This document shows positions 60,300 through 64,000 of a stretch of DNA of 64,000 nt, one piece after another. This stretch comes from the human T2T-CHM13v2.0 reference genome, Homo sapiens. How positions within the stretch are numbered: the stretch's first letter is position 1; every line of letters starts with the position of its first letter. The translations under genes and the position numbers were made by a program. The stretch lies in the NCBI RefSeq assembly GCF_009914755.1, contig NC_060925.1, one strand, 5' to 3'. The notes under the pieces were generated by a model. The model did no database searches, was not told the DNA's origin, and saw only the letters and a program-made list of their open reading frames with translations.

Positions 60300-60870
60300 A
60301 GAGTAGGAAAAGGGAAAAAGTAACTTTACAGTGGTGAAATCTGGCAAACACTTATCTTAAATAAGTGAAGGTTAACATCAATAGTGATGTCACATGGATA
60401 TCATGTACCCCCAATATAATGTGATGACAAAAGCATTACGCCTCCGTGTTATTCTTTGCAAAAACTCATTTGTCCAGTCTAGTCACGAGAATAGCATCAG
60501 ACAAACCTAAGTTGGGAGACATTCTGTGGGATATCTAGCCAGTATTCTTCAAAAATGTCAAGGTCATAAAAAGCAAGGCAAGACTGACAAACTCATATAC
60601 CAGAGAGACTGAAAACATGACAACTAAATGCAACGTGATACCCTAGATTGGATCCTGTGACAGAAAGGAAAAACTGGCGAAACCCAAATAAAGTCTGGAG
60701 TTAATAATGCACCAATGTTGGTTTTTTAGTTTTGACAGATGTACCATGGTAATGTAATATGGTAAAAAGGGAAAACAGCGAAGGGGAATGGAAAACTGTG
60801 CTCTCTGCAACTTTTCTATAAATCTAAAATCACTCCAAAATTTAAAGTTCATTAGGAAAAAAAAAAAAAA
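60300..60870 (+). mobile_element. L1MC-like 3' end
   Basis: gacaactaaatgcaacgtg...tggatcctg; aaatctaaaatcactccaaaat. Confidence 0.75.
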
Positions 60871-61225
60871 GAGCATGACTCTAGAAGGCTCAGGTTAGCC
60901 TGGGTTGTAAGCCAGGAACTGCTGTGCTTAAAGAAGCTAAATTACAGGATCTTGTCAAACTCTAAATCTACAAAAATCATGAGCATAGGCTCATTCACCA
61001 AATACTAGATTCCTAGATTTACGGGCCTTTTCTTTAAAATAAAAAGCAGTAGTTTCAGCCCTAATAAAACAAAGAACTATTTCACAGAATAGGACTATAC
61101 ACTTGCAGAACTTACCCCACAAAGAGAATAAACTTTAACATAATTATCAGTCACTTCCCTTGGTTCACTGGCAGTAGCATAATTTTAGATACATTTCTAG
61201 TTTTCAAATCATAACAGAAAAATTT

Positions 61226-61525
61226 GGCCCTTTGGGCACGGTGACTCACACCTGTAATCCCAGCACTTTGGGAGGCTAAGGCAGGTGGATTACCTGAGAT
61301 CAGGAGTTTGAGACCAGCCTGGCCAACACGGCGAAACCCCATCTCTACAAAAAATACAAAAATTAGCCAGGCGTGGTGGCGGGCACCTGTAATCCCAGCT
61401 ACTCAGGAGGCTGAGGCACAAGAACAGATTGAACCTGGGAGGTGGAGGTTGCGGTGAGCCGAAATCACACTACCATACTCCAGCCTGGGTGACAGACTCT
61501 CAAAAAAAAAAGAAAAGAAAGAAAA
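61226..61525 (+). mobile_element. AluS
   Basis: TSD AGAAAAATTT. Confidence 0.87.
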
Positions 61526-62925
61526 AGAAAAATTTGCTCCTTTTACAAAATGTCGCCTTAATGCTCCATCAGAGACTTTCTACAAAGCCAAATGGGCCAG
61601 AAGTTAAACTCGGAAATATATTTCCAATATCCTTACAATCTAGTCAGATAATTCATCCATGAGTAAACAGAATACTGATACACAATCACAGATATTTTAA
61701 AAATCCAGATTTGAGGGGGTAGATATGATTTTTTAAATCTATTTTTGTGTATGTACATACATATATACATTATACATTCCACGTACACAAAACTCTCTGA
61801 AGTCATTTTAGTTGTGGCCAGAATACCCATGGTCATGCCAAGGCCTAACTTTTACAAATTTACTTTTAAAAAAAAAAAACCAAAAAACTAAAAGATATTC
61901 TAGATTCTGGATTTTTAATTAAACTACTGGGCTTCTGAGAATATGAACAAGCATTTACATTTGAAAAGAAACAAGGGCCATTCATCAAAGGTTCACATGG
62001 CAACAGAAGTTATACAGGTTAGAATCTTTAACTTCATTTATTCTAACTAAAAAGATAAACCAACCAAAAATCTCATTTATGCTATAAAATAAAAGAAACG
62101 GGTTAAGAATTTTAAAAGTAAGTCTAAACATAAAGACTCAAGTTCAAGCAAGTTTTGGTTAATTACTAAGTTACTCTTTTAAAAAATCTATACTGAAATT
62201 CAACACCCCAAGTTAGAGTCCTCTCTTTAACTTCATTTTCATTTTTTCCCATTCAAAAAAATAAACACAAAGCAGACACGGGGTCTTTAAAACAAACAAA
62301 CAAAAAGCATTTAACCCAAGGGGAAATGGGCAAGAATTTTAAAGGTAAGTCTTGAACAAAAAGATTCCTATGTTCAAGTCAGTTTTGATTATCTAGTAAA
62401 ATAAGACCTAAACTTGTATTATACTTCAACAAACCAAAATCCTGGCAGAGTATAAACTGCCATAGGCCAAAAGGACTGATCATATAAATAAGAACATTAT
62501 ATTTTATTATTTAGGAGGATAATTTAAAATGTTCAGATCTTAGCTACGTCACTACTGCAAAAGTATTTTTTAAATTACTTCAATTTTCAAGGAAGAATGA
62601 TATCAGCTCTCAAAATTCAGTTTTGTAAAATATTGATGCTTGTAAATAAAAACAAATCAATGACTTGCAGCTGTAGTTACACAGGCTATCTTGCAGTAAT
62701 TATAATTTTTAAAAAGAGTACAGATTATGTTGCTCTATTTATTAAAGTAAAAGGATAAAGAAAGATTTATCAGACAAATTCTAACCAAAAGAATACTAGT
62801 TATTAATATTGAACAAAACTGGAAGAAAAATACCAAAACCAAAAGAAATAAATTAACTGAGCAAAATCTAGAATTTGAGTCACAAAAAATGTTCTAAGGT
62901 CTTCTGGAATTAGAACATGAGGGGG

Positions 62926-63289
<364 letters not shown>

Positions 63290-63357
63290 CTAGAGTAATG
63301 GTTGAAAATCTTGTTTTCAACATAGGAGAAATAAGTACTAGTACAGGAAAAGGGGCA

Positions 63358-63729
63358 CAAGGTGCGAATCCCCTACCCAAAATGCTTGGGACCAGAAGTG
63401 TTTTGGATTTTTTCGGATTTTGGAATATTATCTTTTTTTTTTTTTTTTTTTTTTTTCCAGATTCTGGAATATTATCCTATCTTGGGGATGGGACCCAAGT
63501 CTAAACATGAAATTCATTTATGTTTCATATAAACTTTATACACATAATCTAAGATAATTTTATACAATCTTTTTAATAATTTTGTGCATGAAACAAAAGT
63601 TTTGACTGTAACTTATCACATGAGACCAGGAGTGGAATTTTCCACTTTGTGGGTCATGTCAGTACTCAAAAGTTTCAGATTTTGAAGCATTTCAAGTTTT
63701 GGATTTTCAGATTAGGGATGCTCAACCTG
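63358..63729. mobile_element. Tigger4b-type DNA transposon
   Basis: aaatgcttgggaccagaagtg; 3' TIR gggatgctcaacctg+TA; same family as 2217-2429. Confidence 0.82.
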
Positions 63730-64000
63730 TATTAACTATATTAATGAAACAAGACATTATAACAAAATTTCCACATTAACTGGGAGGCGGGGTAAGGGAA
63801 TGAATCACAAGTTGATAATAAGCAACAGTAAGAAACAGAGAAAATAAAAATGTAAAATAAATAGGTAAAGAAGGGAAAATCAAATCAATATAAGTGCTAT
63901 TATCTTAAAAACTATCCAATTAGGTAAAGCATTAAAATACAGAAATCTGCCATTTTCAAGAGACATACACAACAAACATAAGAAATATCAGGTAATTCAA

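Overview
Human/primate genomic DNA, AT-rich and Alu-dense, covering the middle of EPS15 (EGFR pathway substrate 15) on the minus strand. Thirteen coding exons can be read with GT-AG boundaries and consistent phases, from 54061 down to 301. They correspond to about aa 188-707 of the 896-aa protein (canonical exons ~9-21; numbering from recall): end of EH2, EH3, the coiled coil and the DPF-repeat region. An extended exon 13 carries the 32-aa unique N-terminus of the EH-less isoform Eps15b (ATG at 27883), with a candidate internal promoter just upstream. The rest is intron filled with Alu, L1, L2, MIR, LTR and DNA-transposon relics plus microsatellites. Nearly all ORFs in the supplied track are repeat-derived. 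Main observations: (1) an in-frame 37-aa extension of exon 9 resembling the EPS15L1 EH2-EH3 linker; (2) skipping the 36-nt exon 19 would create an NPF motif, the EH-domain ligand; (3) an apparent retrocopy of an LTR-initiated, LTR-polyadenylated transcript nested in another LTR (55552-56387); (4) an RFX/CRE/CCAAT module and several cryptic exons in the Alu-free zone around the Eps15b start; (5) inverted double-Alus flanking exons 15-18, a circRNA configuration. No prokaryotic-type system, CRISPR array or RNA gene was seen. Repeat boundaries and subfamilies are approximate, read by eye.
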